From an uncultured Bacilli bacterium (GTDB lineage: Bacteria; Bacillota_I; Bacilli_A; RFN20; CAG-449), in the NCBI GenBank assembly GCA_947626895.1, contig CANQTY010000002.1, positions 6,318-70,317 of the forward strand: a DNA stretch of 64,000 nucleotides, written 5' to 3'. Shown in pieces: positions 1 to 9,481 of this stretch; position 1 is the stretch's first letter, and each line of letters opens with the position of its first letter. The notes under the pieces were generated by a model, which saw nothing but the letters and a program-made list of their open reading frames with translations, had not been told where the DNA came from and did no database searches. The position numbers and the translations under genes were made by a program.

Positions 1-1224
1 ACTAGGATCTCCTGTATAGACTTTTCTAAATAATCCATCTACATAATATTTCATGATATGTTCGCCAGTTTTCGTTGTATCAAATTGATAATTTTCATCA
101 ATAACTTTTACTGGTAAAAATCTCCATACACATCCTGAAGCAGATGATTTTGCATTAAGTGCCGTTAAATAAACAGTACAAATTTTCCCATCAAATTCAT
201 CTAACCAATCAAAATCACTACCATTACATTGTGTATAAACATAGCTTCCAGAGGCGTTTTGTAATCCATTAAAATCATCTAAATCATTGATGTAATAATT
301 AATAAAGCCATTTCCAGGAGCCTTTTTAACTAACGCATTTACTTTATAAACTAAAGAAGTAATATCTTTTGTAAAAGCAGTATCCATAATATCTTTTACA
401 GTCGTTTTTTGAATCCAAGTCTTATCAAAATCATTTGTACCTTTATCATTTTCTAATATCTTAGCTTCAGCGATTTGATTACATCCTTTATAACCAAATT
501 TATCTGCGTTTGTCTTTTCATCTGCCAAAATCCAAAAATCTTTTTTACCTACGACAGTGATTTTATTTCCTTCACTTACTTGTGCCGCGACATTACCATC
601 ATATACATAAATAGATGAAGTATTATCTACTAAAATAAAACCACTTGGTACTTTACCATTAGCGTAGGTGATCTTAGAAACAACACCTTCTAAACGAACT
701 AAAGAATCTTTTTCTTTTGTTCTTGCTTCAGCGATAGTCATTTTTACATAATCATTAATATCAATTTCTTTTTGATGAGAAATAAATTCAATCAAACGTC
801 CATTTTTGATTTCAGGAGAATTATTATACATTTGTAAAGTTGCATGTAATACTACTTCATCTCCCACCGCGGGACGTGATTCCATCTGGGGAAAGCTTAA
901 AACTCCATCTTCACTATAGACACCATAGACATCAATTTCTCCTGTTTCATCTTCAATGACCATTTGTCCATAAGTTGGATTTGATATTTCTTTTACCACG
1001 CCATATACATAAAATCTTTCTTTAGATTCTTCTGAATAATTCTTGCACTTTTCACGGATTTCACTAATATCGATGCAATTATATTTTAGTTTTAAAGCTG
1101 CAATTTCATTTTCCGATGAAACTTCACTTATATCTAAGGAAGGATTCGTTACTGTTTCACGATTACAACTTCCCAAGAATAATAGACTTCCTAATAAACA
1201 AAGGTAGCACAGTTTTTTTCTCAT
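1..1224 (-). CDS. Lipoprotein, N-terminal ~408 aa only (C-terminus lies left of the window). It has a signal peptide with lipobox (MRKKLCYLCLLGSLLFLGSC) followed by OB-fold/tRNA_anti-like beta-rich repeats. Possibly a surface nucleic-acid-binding protein or nuclease.
   Basis: The reverse frame is open from the ATG at 1222-1224 to the window edge. My translation gives a lipobox and OB-fold-like segments (…VYGVVKEISNPTYGQMVIEDETGEIDVYG…). The ORF track lists nothing here because the frame never reaches a stop inside the window. Confidence 0.5.
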   Translation of the reverse strand, partial: MRKKLCYLCLLGSLLFLGSCNRETVTNPSLDISEVSSENEIAALKLKYNCIDISEIREKCKNYSEESKERFYVYGVVKEISNPTYGQMVIEDETGEIDVYGVYSEDGVLSFPQMESRPAVGDEVVLHATLQMYNNSPEIKNGRLIEFISHQKEIDINDYVKMTIAEARTKEKDSLVRLEGVVSKITYANGKVPSGFILVDNTSSIYVYDGNVAAQVSEGNKITVVGKKDFWILADEKTNADKFGYKGCNQIAEAKILENDKGTNDFDKTWIQKTTVKDIMDTAFTKDITSLVYKVNALVKKAPGNGFINYYINDLDDFNGLQNASGSYVYTQCNGSDFDWLDEFDGKICTVYLTALNAKSSASGCVWRFLPVKVIDENYQFDTTKTGEHIMKYYVDGLFRKVYTGDPS

Positions 1225-1508
1225 TGTATAATTCTCCTTTCACTATGAGATTTATCCAAACAAAAGGCACCCCATTGAGTCCTTAAAATGCTCTGCAGCT
1301 CGCTGTTAATTATTTAGCTTATATAAGGGGGTGCCAAACTGCATCTACATAAATGTTTAGAAGGGTATTTTTACCCGAACTCATTATTGCATAGTTTTCT
1401 TTTTTTTGCAACCTTAAGACAAGAAGCATCCTCTTTTAAAAACAGAAAAAATCCTAAAAATAGGACTTTTTCTATTGAAAAATATTGGAAATGGAAAACA
1501 AAGTTTTT

Positions 1509-2078
1509 TTATTTTAAAACGATTTCCGATTGGAAAATCAAGACATATTCAACCCATTCTTTTCTTGTCGAAGCATTTTCGAAGAAGAAGACGTTCGCGG
1601 CTTCCCAAATAAATACCCAAGCGACAATTTCAATAATATTTTGGAAAATAAATTGATTTCCTAAAGCAAGAAGAATACCATCAACGATTAAAAAGATCGC
1701 TCCAACTAGTAATAAAACCAAAGCAAGAATCTTATTTTTAAAGGACTGCTTTTTACTTCTTAATACTTCTTGAGCATAATGGGCTTTAAAAGCTTTTTTT
1801 ACTCGCTCTTTTTCTTCACTTGAGATATCTTCACTAAAATGAAATTCAAATTTTACTTTCTTTTTCTTATCAACATAAGATAAAGTTTCTTGTACAGATT
1901 CATAAATATCGGGATTTAATAAAGAGGATTTAGAAAAAGCATCATAAAGATTATCTTTATTAAAATATAGATGAATTGTAGAACTATTTTCATCTTCACT
2001 ATAGTTTAAAAAAGTATCATCTTTTAAATAAGATGAAATTTCATTTTTAATTTTCTCTACATCAATTTTTTGTTTCAT
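1509..2078 (-). CDS. Hypothetical membrane protein: soluble N-terminal domain followed by two C-terminal TM helices.
   Basis: 189-aa ORF. Hydrophobic stretches ILALVLLLVGAIFLIVDGILLAL and IVAWVFIWEAANVFFF. No family recognised. Confidence 0.4.
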   Translation of the reverse strand: MKQKIDVEKIKNEISSYLKDDTFLNYSEDENSSTIHLYFNKDNLYDAFSKSSLLNPDIYESVQETLSYVDKKKKVKFEFHFSEDISSEEKERVKKAFKAHYAQEVLRSKKQSFKNKILALVLLLVGAIFLIVDGILLALGNQFIFQNIIEIVAWVFIWEAANVFFFENASTRKEWVEYVLIFQSEIVLK

Positions 2079-2139
2079 AATTTTTTTCTTCTTTCACATA
2101 AAGTATAAAAAAAGAAAAGAAGAAATTCAATAAGAAAGA

Positions 2140-2913
2140 CTAAGTCTTATGTTTTAAAAGTGTTTTCATCTTCTCTTTTAAAATATAAGTTTCTTCATCA
2201 ATTAAGTTATTCTTTTCAAGTAATAGATTATGAAAGAAATGATAAATATTCTCTTCTTTTGTGGTTTTTTCTTTAAAAGAAGAAACATGACCAATTCTTG
2301 ATTCTAAATACATTCGATATTCTTTTCTAAAGCAGAATAAGGAAGATAAACTACTATATAAAAGAAAGAAGAATAATAATAATTGCTCTTCTTGAATACA
2401 AAGATTTAATAAGAAAATTGATAACATTAAAGTAATTCCTATTCTTATCTTAATCGCTTTTTTTGAAGGAAATATCTTCAGTAAAATCACTTCCATTATT
2501 TTGCCCCCATCTAAAGGATAAAAAGGAATTAAATTAAAAAGCAGTAAAGATAAATTATTTTCTTGAGAAGTTAAATATCCATAATAAGAAAGGATACCAC
2601 TTTTATAAAAAAAATATAAAAGAAGATAAGAAATAAAATAGCTTAATGGACCTGCAAGATAAATGATAATCTGCTTATAACTTTTTTCATAAAGGATATC
2701 CTTTAGTTCTAAAGAAAAACCTAAAGGATGAAAGACCATTTGTCCAATTTTTACATGAAATATTTTGGCCATAATTAAATGAAAACATTCATGAATAAAC
2801 GCTAAAAAATAGAAGATGATTAAATAAGATAGTGCATTAAAATAGATTCCTAAAAAGATAAAAACAAAAGTAGATAAATCAATCTTAAATCTAGGATAAT
2901 AAGACTTCTTCAT
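2140..2913 (-). CDS. spoIVFB: M50 family site-2 metalloprotease, SpoIVFB-like.
   Basis: HExxH motif inside a TM helix (FIHECFHLIMAKIF) and an LDG motif (NLIPFYPLDGGKI). Polytopic membrane protein. Sits immediately downstream of a SpoIVFA-like gene. Confidence 0.65.
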   Translation of the reverse strand: MKKSYYPRFKIDLSTFVFIFLGIYFNALSYLIIFYFLAFIHECFHLIMAKIFHVKIGQMVFHPLGFSLELKDILYEKSYKQIIIYLAGPLSYFISYLLLYFFYKSGILSYYGYLTSQENNLSLLLFNLIPFYPLDGGKIMEVILLKIFPSKKAIKIRIGITLMLSIFLLNLCIQEEQLLLFFFLLYSSLSSLFCFRKEYRMYLESRIGHVSSFKEKTTKEENIYHFFHNLLLEKNNLIDEETYILKEKMKTLLKHKT

Positions 2914-3472
2914 AGTCTAATGAAGTTCCATCTTGAGTGAATAAAACTTTAAAATGTTCATCATAACTCCCTAAAATATCCCCTTTTGAAAGAATATCTC
3001 CCGTCTTTACATAAATATCTTTAATTTCATAATAACAAGCAAGAATCTTTCCTTGATATTTTAAGGTGATATTATAATCATCTTCATTTTCTTCAATTTT
3101 TAAAATTTGACCATCCTTTAACATCGGAATTAAATGATCACTTGTTTGATAATAATTTTTATCTTCTTTTTGATAAGAATAAATAATATCAACCATTTCC
3201 TCTTGATTATTATTGGTATCTTTAAAAATATTAAAATTCGATATCATCTTAGCAAGAGCAAAATCAATATCTTCATTCATTTTCTTAAAAGAAACATCGA
3301 TTTTCAAAAATGAAGAAAATAATTTCCCATCTTCATCATTTCTAGCATAAATTAAAAAGCCTAATAAAAGTGCAATAACAATGAGTAAAAATTCAAAAAA
3401 ACTAAGGATTTTACTTCTTTTTTTCTTTTCTTTTTGCATGAGTCGTCTCCTAATAGCAGTTAATTCTTCCAT
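2891..3472 (-). CDS. SpoIVFA-like membrane protein with a degenerate LytM/M23-like C-terminal domain.
   Basis: One N-terminal TM helix (FFEFLLIVIALLLGFLIY). C-terminal GDILSKGDILGSYDEHFKVLF resembles a degenerate M23 fold. It overlaps the M50 protease gene, matching the spoIVFA-spoIVFB order. Confidence 0.45.
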   Translation of the reverse strand: MEELTAIRRRLMQKEKKKRSKILSFFEFLLIVIALLLGFLIYARNDEDGKLFSSFLKIDVSFKKMNEDIDFALAKMISNFNIFKDTNNNQEEMVDIIYSYQKEDKNYYQTSDHLIPMLKDGQILKIEENEDDYNITLKYQGKILACYYEIKDIYVKTGDILSKGDILGSYDEHFKVLFTQDGTSLDYEEVLLS

Positions 3473-3547
3473 TATTTCACCTAATAAAAATTATTCTCTT
3501 TATAGAAGAATTAGAACTAGTTTGCTATATTATTGATGAGGTGCAAT

Positions 3548-4438
3548 ATGATTACTTTTATTGGAGAAATGGTTTTAGATACGATTCAAGGAGAAACTAC
3601 ATCTTTTTATGCCGGAGGAGCTCCTTATAATGTAGCAAAACGATATGGGCATTTAGGAAATAAATGCTTTTTCTGTTCCATTATTGGCCATGATGAAGAA
3701 GGAGTAAAACTCTTTGATGATATTTATAAACATAAAAATATATTCGCATTTTTAAGTCAAAATGAAAAAGTTCATTCTAGTGTAACTTATGTCACTTTAG
3801 ATGAAAATCATGATCGTCATTTTACATTCGAACTTCATAGAACTTATGAATTATTCCCTAAAATCCCTCGTATTTTATATAAAACATCGGATACTTTTCA
3901 CTTTTCTTCTTTAGCCTTAACGAATAAAAGAAGTGCAAAAAAGATGCTTCATTTAATGAAAAAATTACATAAATTACATAAAAGAATTAGTTTTGATGTC
4001 AATTTAAGACCATCATTATTTAAATCAAATGATGACATGATAAAGATTTATAAAAAGATTTTACCCCATATCGATATTTTAAAAGTAAGTGAAGATGAAG
4101 CCACCTTATTAAATTTAAATGAAGCAGCGTTAAATCAAGATGTATTACTTCTTTTATCAAAAGGAGATAAAGGTGGAGATATTATTTATCACCATAAAAA
4201 GATTTCTTTACCAAGTTATCCTTGTTTATGTCTATCTACTTTAGGTGCAGGTGATGCTTTTCTTGCTGGAGCTTTATTCTATTTAGAATCCATCCATTAT
4301 GAAAATATAGAAAAAGAATTAGAAAATATTTTAAAATACGCGAATGCCTCAGGCGCGTATGCTATATCTCATGATCAAGATCAATATCCATCTAAAGATG
4401 AACTAGATGAATTTATAAAACAATTTGAAGATAATTAA
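3548..4438 (+). CDS. PfkB-family carbohydrate kinase (fructokinase-like).
   Basis: PfkB C-terminal motif GAGDAFLAGALFY. Start placed at MITFIGEM. Confidence 0.7.
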   Translation: MITFIGEMVLDTIQGETTSFYAGGAPYNVAKRYGHLGNKCFFCSIIGHDEEGVKLFDDIYKHKNIFAFLSQNEKVHSSVTYVTLDENHDRHFTFELHRTYELFPKIPRILYKTSDTFHFSSLALTNKRSAKKMLHLMKKLHKLHKRISFDVNLRPSLFKSNDDMIKIYKKILPHIDILKVSEDEATLLNLNEAALNQDVLLLLSKGDKGGDIIYHHKKISLPSYPCLCLSTLGAGDAFLAGALFYLESIHYENIEKELENILKYANASGAYAISHDQDQYPSKDELDEFIKQFEDN

Positions 4439-4445
4439 ATGGTAA

Positions 4446-4484
4446 AAAGCGTATAAAGATTCGTCCTTATACGCTTAATTTTTA
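4446..4484. terminator. Bidirectional rho-independent terminator between convergent genes.
   Basis: Perfect 10-bp stem AAGCGTATAA/TTATACGCTT with a T-run on the plus side and an A-run (T-run for the minus strand) on the other. Confidence 0.7.
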
Positions 4485-4500
4485 CCTATTTTTAGCTATT

Positions 4501-6405
4501 TTAGTCACCTTTAGGAGTAGGAACATTATCTTTCCATTCCCATTGATTCTTCCAATAGACTTTAAATTTATTTCCATTCCAATATTGACTCCAAGCCGTT
4601 GGAGTTTTTACCTCATCACAATAAATTACAGGATTTGTACAATCTGAAAACATACCTCGATCAATCATTTCAACTCCAGCAGGAATGTAAATCCATTCTA
4701 AAGCCTTAGCATATTGGAAGCAATATTCTTCAATCGTTTTTACACCCTTACCGATTTTTACTGATTTTAGACTATTTGTATGTTCTGCATCAGGACCAGA
4801 ATCAGTAAATCCCATGAATGCATTTTTCCCTAGACGGATAACACTATCAGGTATTTCTAAATGTTCTAGTTTTTCAAATGCACAATTGAAGGCACCAGAT
4901 TCAATATATTGAACTTTTCCTAAATCAACTGATTTAATTTTTGTGCAATTATAAAAAGCTCCATCTGCGATGAATCTAACATCTTTACGTACAACAACAT
5001 CTTCAATGTTATCATCTAAAGGTTCATATAGCACCATATAAGGATTCGATTTACTTCCTAAATAATTATAATTTTCATCGGTTGTATATTGTAGTGAATA
5101 CCAATTATTTGCGGCAAAACCTGCACCTAAATAAGTTAGTGAATTAGGTAAATATAAATTCTTTAAATATGTACAATTGTAAAATGCATAATAACTAATA
5201 TGTGTCATTCCTTCATTGCATTCAATTTCTCTAACATAATCATCATTATGAAATGCATATGTACCTACTTTATCTGCATCAGTAATGGTTAAAGAATATG
5301 GATGTCCAATTGAATGACTCTCAAAAATATATTTCATTTTGTTTTTAAGATATTTTGAATCTGAATCTCCATAGGAATCAACAGATACATTAGCATCCCG
5401 ACTTGCTCCAACAAAAGGAAGATAAAATTTTGTAAAAGAGTTCAAATTGCTTTCAAGTTTAAATGCACCATCTCCAATGGTTTGTACACTATTTGGAACA
5501 GAAATGACTTTTGCTTTTGTATAAGATACAAATGCTTTAGAAGGAATTTCTCTTACAGGCTTTTCTTCGATTGTGCTTGGAATACGTAATTCAAAGTTAT
5601 CTAAATTATTGATTGTTCTAGCATCTTCCCCTTCTTTGATGGAAATATATTGATTATTACCTTCGCCTTTAATTTCATAAGCAAATAGCTTTCTTTCGGT
5701 AAATATAGGAGTTAAAGTTACGTCTTCTTTAACTTCATTTAATTTTTCACTATTATTCCAACCCGTAAAGAAGTATTGAGAATAAGCACCATTTGATGCA
5801 CTATCTTCTTTTGAGGGTACCTTACCTTTATATGTAACAGAAGATCCATATTCTACTATTTGAGTATCAAGAGTATTTCCCTTATCATCTTGAAATGTAA
5901 TAGTAAACTTTTTTAATACTTCTTTAAATCTTGCATATAAAGTCGTATTTTCATTAAAAGTTAAAGTACTTAAATCTACTATTTTCCCATCAATAGATAA
6001 ACTCCATCCTTCAAAAGTATATTCTTGTACTCTATTTTCTTCCGTACTTGGTACATTTTTAGTTGGAGTATCTCCTTGATAAGTTACTTTTCCTCCCTTA
6101 TCAATATAAACAAAAGTAAGTTCACTATCATCATCGTTTTTAAATGTAATTTTCACTTTATTAGTTAAATCAATACTTGATGAAGTTTGACTATCTTGTG
6201 ATGAACTATCTTCACTTGAAGTGCTAGTAGTGTCACTATTACTTGAAGATACTTCTTCATCACTAGTTAAAGAACTATCTAAAGAAGTAATTTCACTATT
6301 TTGTGAATAAATGGAGGTATTTTCTTCTTTTTCACAAGATACATTAATTACACTACATAAGCCTATTATGCTTAATAATAAGCCCTTTTTTATACTTTTT
6401 TTCAT
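4501..6405 (-). CDS. Surface lipoprotein with a Ser-rich linker, Listeria-Bacteroides (Flg_new) repeats and a BspA-type leucine-rich-repeat domain.
   Basis: Signal peptide plus lipobox (LCSVINVSC). S/T/D-rich low-complexity region. Repeats EYTFEGWSL and SQYFFTGWNN (Flg_new GW motif). LRR-like NCTYLKNLYLPNSLTYLGAGF segments. Confidence 0.65.
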   Translation of the reverse strand: MKKSIKKGLLLSIIGLCSVINVSCEKEENTSIYSQNSEITSLDSSLTSDEEVSSSNSDTTSTSSEDSSSQDSQTSSSIDLTNKVKITFKNDDDSELTFVYIDKGGKVTYQGDTPTKNVPSTEENRVQEYTFEGWSLSIDGKIVDLSTLTFNENTTLYARFKEVLKKFTITFQDDKGNTLDTQIVEYGSSVTYKGKVPSKEDSASNGAYSQYFFTGWNNSEKLNEVKEDVTLTPIFTERKLFAYEIKGEGNNQYISIKEGEDARTINNLDNFELRIPSTIEEKPVREIPSKAFVSYTKAKVISVPNSVQTIGDGAFKLESNLNSFTKFYLPFVGASRDANVSVDSYGDSDSKYLKNKMKYIFESHSIGHPYSLTITDADKVGTYAFHNDDYVREIECNEGMTHISYYAFYNCTYLKNLYLPNSLTYLGAGFAANNWYSLQYTTDENYNYLGSKSNPYMVLYEPLDDNIEDVVVRKDVRFIADGAFYNCTKIKSVDLGKVQYIESGAFNCAFEKLEHLEIPDSVIRLGKNAFMGFTDSGPDAEHTNSLKSVKIGKGVKTIEEYCFQYAKALEWIYIPAGVEMIDRGMFSDCTNPVIYCDEVKTPTAWSQYWNGNKFKVYWKNQWEWKDNVPTPKGD

Positions 6406-6843
6406 TATTTATCAACCTTTCTACGCCTTTACTTCCGAGTAATATTAGCATGATTTATATTTGAACTCAACAATTATTTTCTTTTTTGTACATTAAAGTT
6501 CACTATGCTTTTTTTGTTTGTTCACAAAAAAGAAAGTCCAATCACTGGACATTCTTACTTATTATTGAGTAAAACTATGAAATATAATTTGTTGCATTAA
6601 TCGAATAAATATATAACTTTCTAATGCTGCATAATTATAAGATTTATTTAATATACTGCGATTTTATATTTGCTTTATGCTTAAAAATTTTAAAGATAAA
6701 CTATTCAAACCAATAGTTACATACAAACCTGATGGATTTCTTATTAGTGAAAAGTATGTTTCAAAATTATCATTAGTTAGTTTTATAGTAATATTACTCT
6801 ATCCTTCACTCTTATTTGCTACTTCATTATAGATAGAATGCAA

Positions 6844-8130
6844 TTAGAGACCTTTTATTTTATTAAATGCTATACAACAAATTCCTAATACCAATCCTAA
6901 AATAAGAGAAACAACACCAAAAATAATATTTCCAGTACCAAAACCCGTGATTGTTCCAGGGACACAAAGTGCAGCTAAAAATCCAAGTAAAACCCGACCA
7001 AAGCTAGGTTTATTGTAACGATATGACATATCATTATAAGAACTCCGTTTAGCACTCCGAATTTGCTTTCGAAATTTAATAAGGTCTTTCTTTAATTGGA
7101 TAAGTTGAGTTTTATCTTCATTCAGTTGCTCAACAATAATTTCAAGTTCAGCAAAAACATGGCTTAAAATCTGTATTAAATAAATTAATGCTTCAATGAA
7201 TGAAATACTATCATTCACCTTTTTTTCAAGTATTTCCAATGCTATTGATTTATTAATTTCTCTTTCAATTGCCAAACAATATTTTGTGTGAAAATCTGCT
7301 TTATTCAAATTATCCATTGTATTTTGCAACATCTTTTGAGAAGCATAACAAAGATCTATAAGCCGATTGCGAAAATCAAATACCAATTTTTTGCTTTTTT
7401 CGTGCTGTCCACCACGGGCTTGTGCGTTTTTTTGTAAGGGTTGAGCGTAGTGGTCCCAATCTTTTAAAACTACTTCCAGTTCTTTAATCTTATCTTGTAA
7501 ATCGGGAGATAATGATTCGCCACTATTGAAATCATCGCAAATGCTTTCAATTTCATTAAAGTATTTATTACATTCATCTTCTTTACTTTGCAAAGTTTCG
7601 CTCATGGTCAATTCATAGTGTGCCATTAACTCATCGATAAAGAAACTTGCAAAATTGCTATTTTTAACGATTTGATTAAAAATGTTTACATGAGTTTCCA
7701 CATCAAAACCATCAAGATATGAATTAGCAGATGAAATACATTCTTGTCTAATCTTCTCCATCATCACAACTATGTCATTTTCACTTTCAATTTGAGAATA
7801 ACCACCTACAAGCCGCGCATCGTTTATTTTATCAAATAATTCGACATTTTCTTTTTCAAACCATAGTCCAATATTAATGAAAATATCTGCTATATTAACA
7901 ATGGTAGGTTTTTGGTTACTATTAACCATTTGTCGAAAATCATGAAAATCGTCCCTACAGAAATATTCAATTTCGTGACGTAATCTTTTTTTGAGATTTG
8001 TTAAATCAGAGTAAGCTTCTTGTACTTCGCTTGTATCGTCAGAAAGTAATTCTTTTTCTTCGAGTAGTTCCTGTAATCGTTCGCTGCTATCAGTCGGAGT
8101 AGCACCGAGAATGGAAAATGCATCAAACAT
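6844..8130 (-). CDS. Coiled-coil protein with a C-terminal TM hairpin. The N-terminus is weakly J-domain-like but has no HPD motif. Candidate membrane-anchored partner of the adjacent Hsp70 paralog.
   Basis: 428 aa. N-terminus MFDAFSILGATPTDSSERLQELLEEK resembles the start of a J domain but no HPD follows. Two C-terminal TM helices (VLLGFLAALCVPG…IIFGVVSLILGLVLGICCIAF). Confidence 0.4.
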   Translation of the reverse strand: MFDAFSILGATPTDSSERLQELLEEKELLSDDTSEVQEAYSDLTNLKKRLRHEIEYFCRDDFHDFRQMVNSNQKPTIVNIADIFINIGLWFEKENVELFDKINDARLVGGYSQIESENDIVVMMEKIRQECISSANSYLDGFDVETHVNIFNQIVKNSNFASFFIDELMAHYELTMSETLQSKEDECNKYFNEIESICDDFNSGESLSPDLQDKIKELEVVLKDWDHYAQPLQKNAQARGGQHEKSKKLVFDFRNRLIDLCYASQKMLQNTMDNLNKADFHTKYCLAIEREINKSIALEILEKKVNDSISFIEALIYLIQILSHVFAELEIIVEQLNEDKTQLIQLKKDLIKFRKQIRSAKRSSYNDMSYRYNKPSFGRVLLGFLAALCVPGTITGFGTGNIIFGVVSLILGLVLGICCIAFNKIKGL

Positions 8131-8260
8131 TTGTTAATATGCTCCTTTCTTTCTTACAATATTTGAAAAATAATTATGTTAAATCAAATAATGTTTGCTT
8201 TAAACTCATTGTTTAAGTTTTTTAAATCAAATTGACTATTTAGTTTAATTGATTTAACTC

Positions 8261-9481
8261 TTATTTTGTTAGACCAGATCCCTTTAGCATCACATCTAAT
8301 TCAGAATCTTCTTTTGGTATTCTAATTTGAAGTAATCTAGAAATAATGTTTTTTAAACTGCTAATATCATTTTGCTGAACATATTGTATTCCTTGAATAA
8401 TAAGTTCATGATAGAGCACGGAATTATTGAAATCTTGGGGATTCTCTGCCATAAAAGAAAAAATAGCTAGGTAAATTTCATCATTGCTAAACATAACTTT
8501 TGCAGTAATTTCACGCATTTGTTCTAATAATTTTTCAGCAGTTGACGAATTCATATCAATTGCTCTTTGCGCACTCTCTTTTAGACTATTGAATTGCTTT
8601 ATCATAGCAGGAGTAGCATTTTCTTCAAATGTAGTAAAATCATGAACAATTGAATCAAGTTCTTGTTGCCAAACCGATGTTCTATTTTCTTGTATAAAGG
8701 CGGCAACAACTCCTTTACTTGTTTGAACTAATTCAAATAAGGTTTGTAATTCTTCTGCACTCAATTCATCACCACGTTCAACATAAGCAATAATTTTTTC
8801 TGCTATATCATCCAATTTTGTATCAAATTGGTTTTCGGTCAACTCGTCAATTTTATCGAGTAGATTTTGTGCTTCATTTAATACCTTTTCGTAATCATTA
8901 TTAAAATCGATTTGTCCACTTAATCTATCATAGCTATCTTTTGCTTCTGTAATTCCTACAGATGGAACAGTGACCTTTGTTTCAATATTTCCACTATCTG
9001 AAAAAGTATATTCGCAGATAATTTCACTTCCGACAGGGATTATCCCGTATTCAAAAGAATTTCCACTAATTGTTATTTCCCCAATAAACCTATTGTAAAC
9101 AATGGGATCAGTAATTTCACCTTCCCAAAGTTTAAAGGAAATTGAATCGGAACTACCTGCATTAATACGCTTCGTCGTTTTGTATTTAACAGTTCCACTC
9201 TTAGGAAGCAAATCATCTTTTTTAATAAGATAATCTAGAATTGGTTTATGAGTTACAGGATCTTCTAATTCTACTCCAACAGAATGAGCACATGGAATTT
9301 TTCCAATATTTATAAGCGTCTTTGTGATGACGATAGTTGAACTTTCTAATTTTATATCAGCACCATTTTCATCTGTACATTGAACGTTAAAATGATTTTC
9401 TCCCAAGTTTGGTAAATCAACGGAAACGATAGAATTACTTGCAAGTTCCATTTTCCACTCATCCAGCCAGTTTCCATACAC
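8261..9481 (-). CDS. C-terminal portion (substrate-binding beta-sandwich plus helical lid) of a non-canonical Hsp70. It is in a different frame from the upstream nucleotide-binding-domain ORF.
   Basis: KLWEGEITDPIVYNRFIGEITISGNSFEYGIIPVGSEIICEYTFSDSGNIETKV parallels the DnaK SBD-beta region (…VLQGER…[31 protein letters not shown]…). A helical region follows. It overlaps the 9352..10728 ORF by 130 nt. Confidence 0.6.
   Translation of the reverse strand: MYGNWLDEWKMELASNSIVSVDLPNLGENHFNVQCTDENGADIKLESSTIVITKTLINIGKIPCAHSVGVELEDPVTHKPILDYLIKKDDLLPKSGTVKYKTTKRINAGSSDSISFKLWEGEITDPIVYNRFIGEITISGNSFEYGIIPVGSEIICEYTFSDSGNIETKVTVPSVGITEAKDSYDRLSGQIDFNNDYEKVLNEAQNLLDKIDELTENQFDTKLDDIAEKIIAYVERGDELSAEELQTLFELVQTSKGVVAAFIQENRTSVWQQELDSIVHDFTTFEENATPAMIKQFNSLKESAQRAIDMNSSTAEKLLEQMREITAKVMFSNDEIYLAIFSFMAENPQDFNNSVLYHELIIQGIQYVQQNDISSLKNIISRLLQIRIPKEDSELDVMLKGSGLTK

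Noticed and set aside
1387-1656. 89-aa plus-strand ORF
   Set aside because: It overlaps the promoter/5' region and the antisense of the 1509..2078 gene. The sequence is low-complexity (KNRKNPKNR) and is probably spurious.
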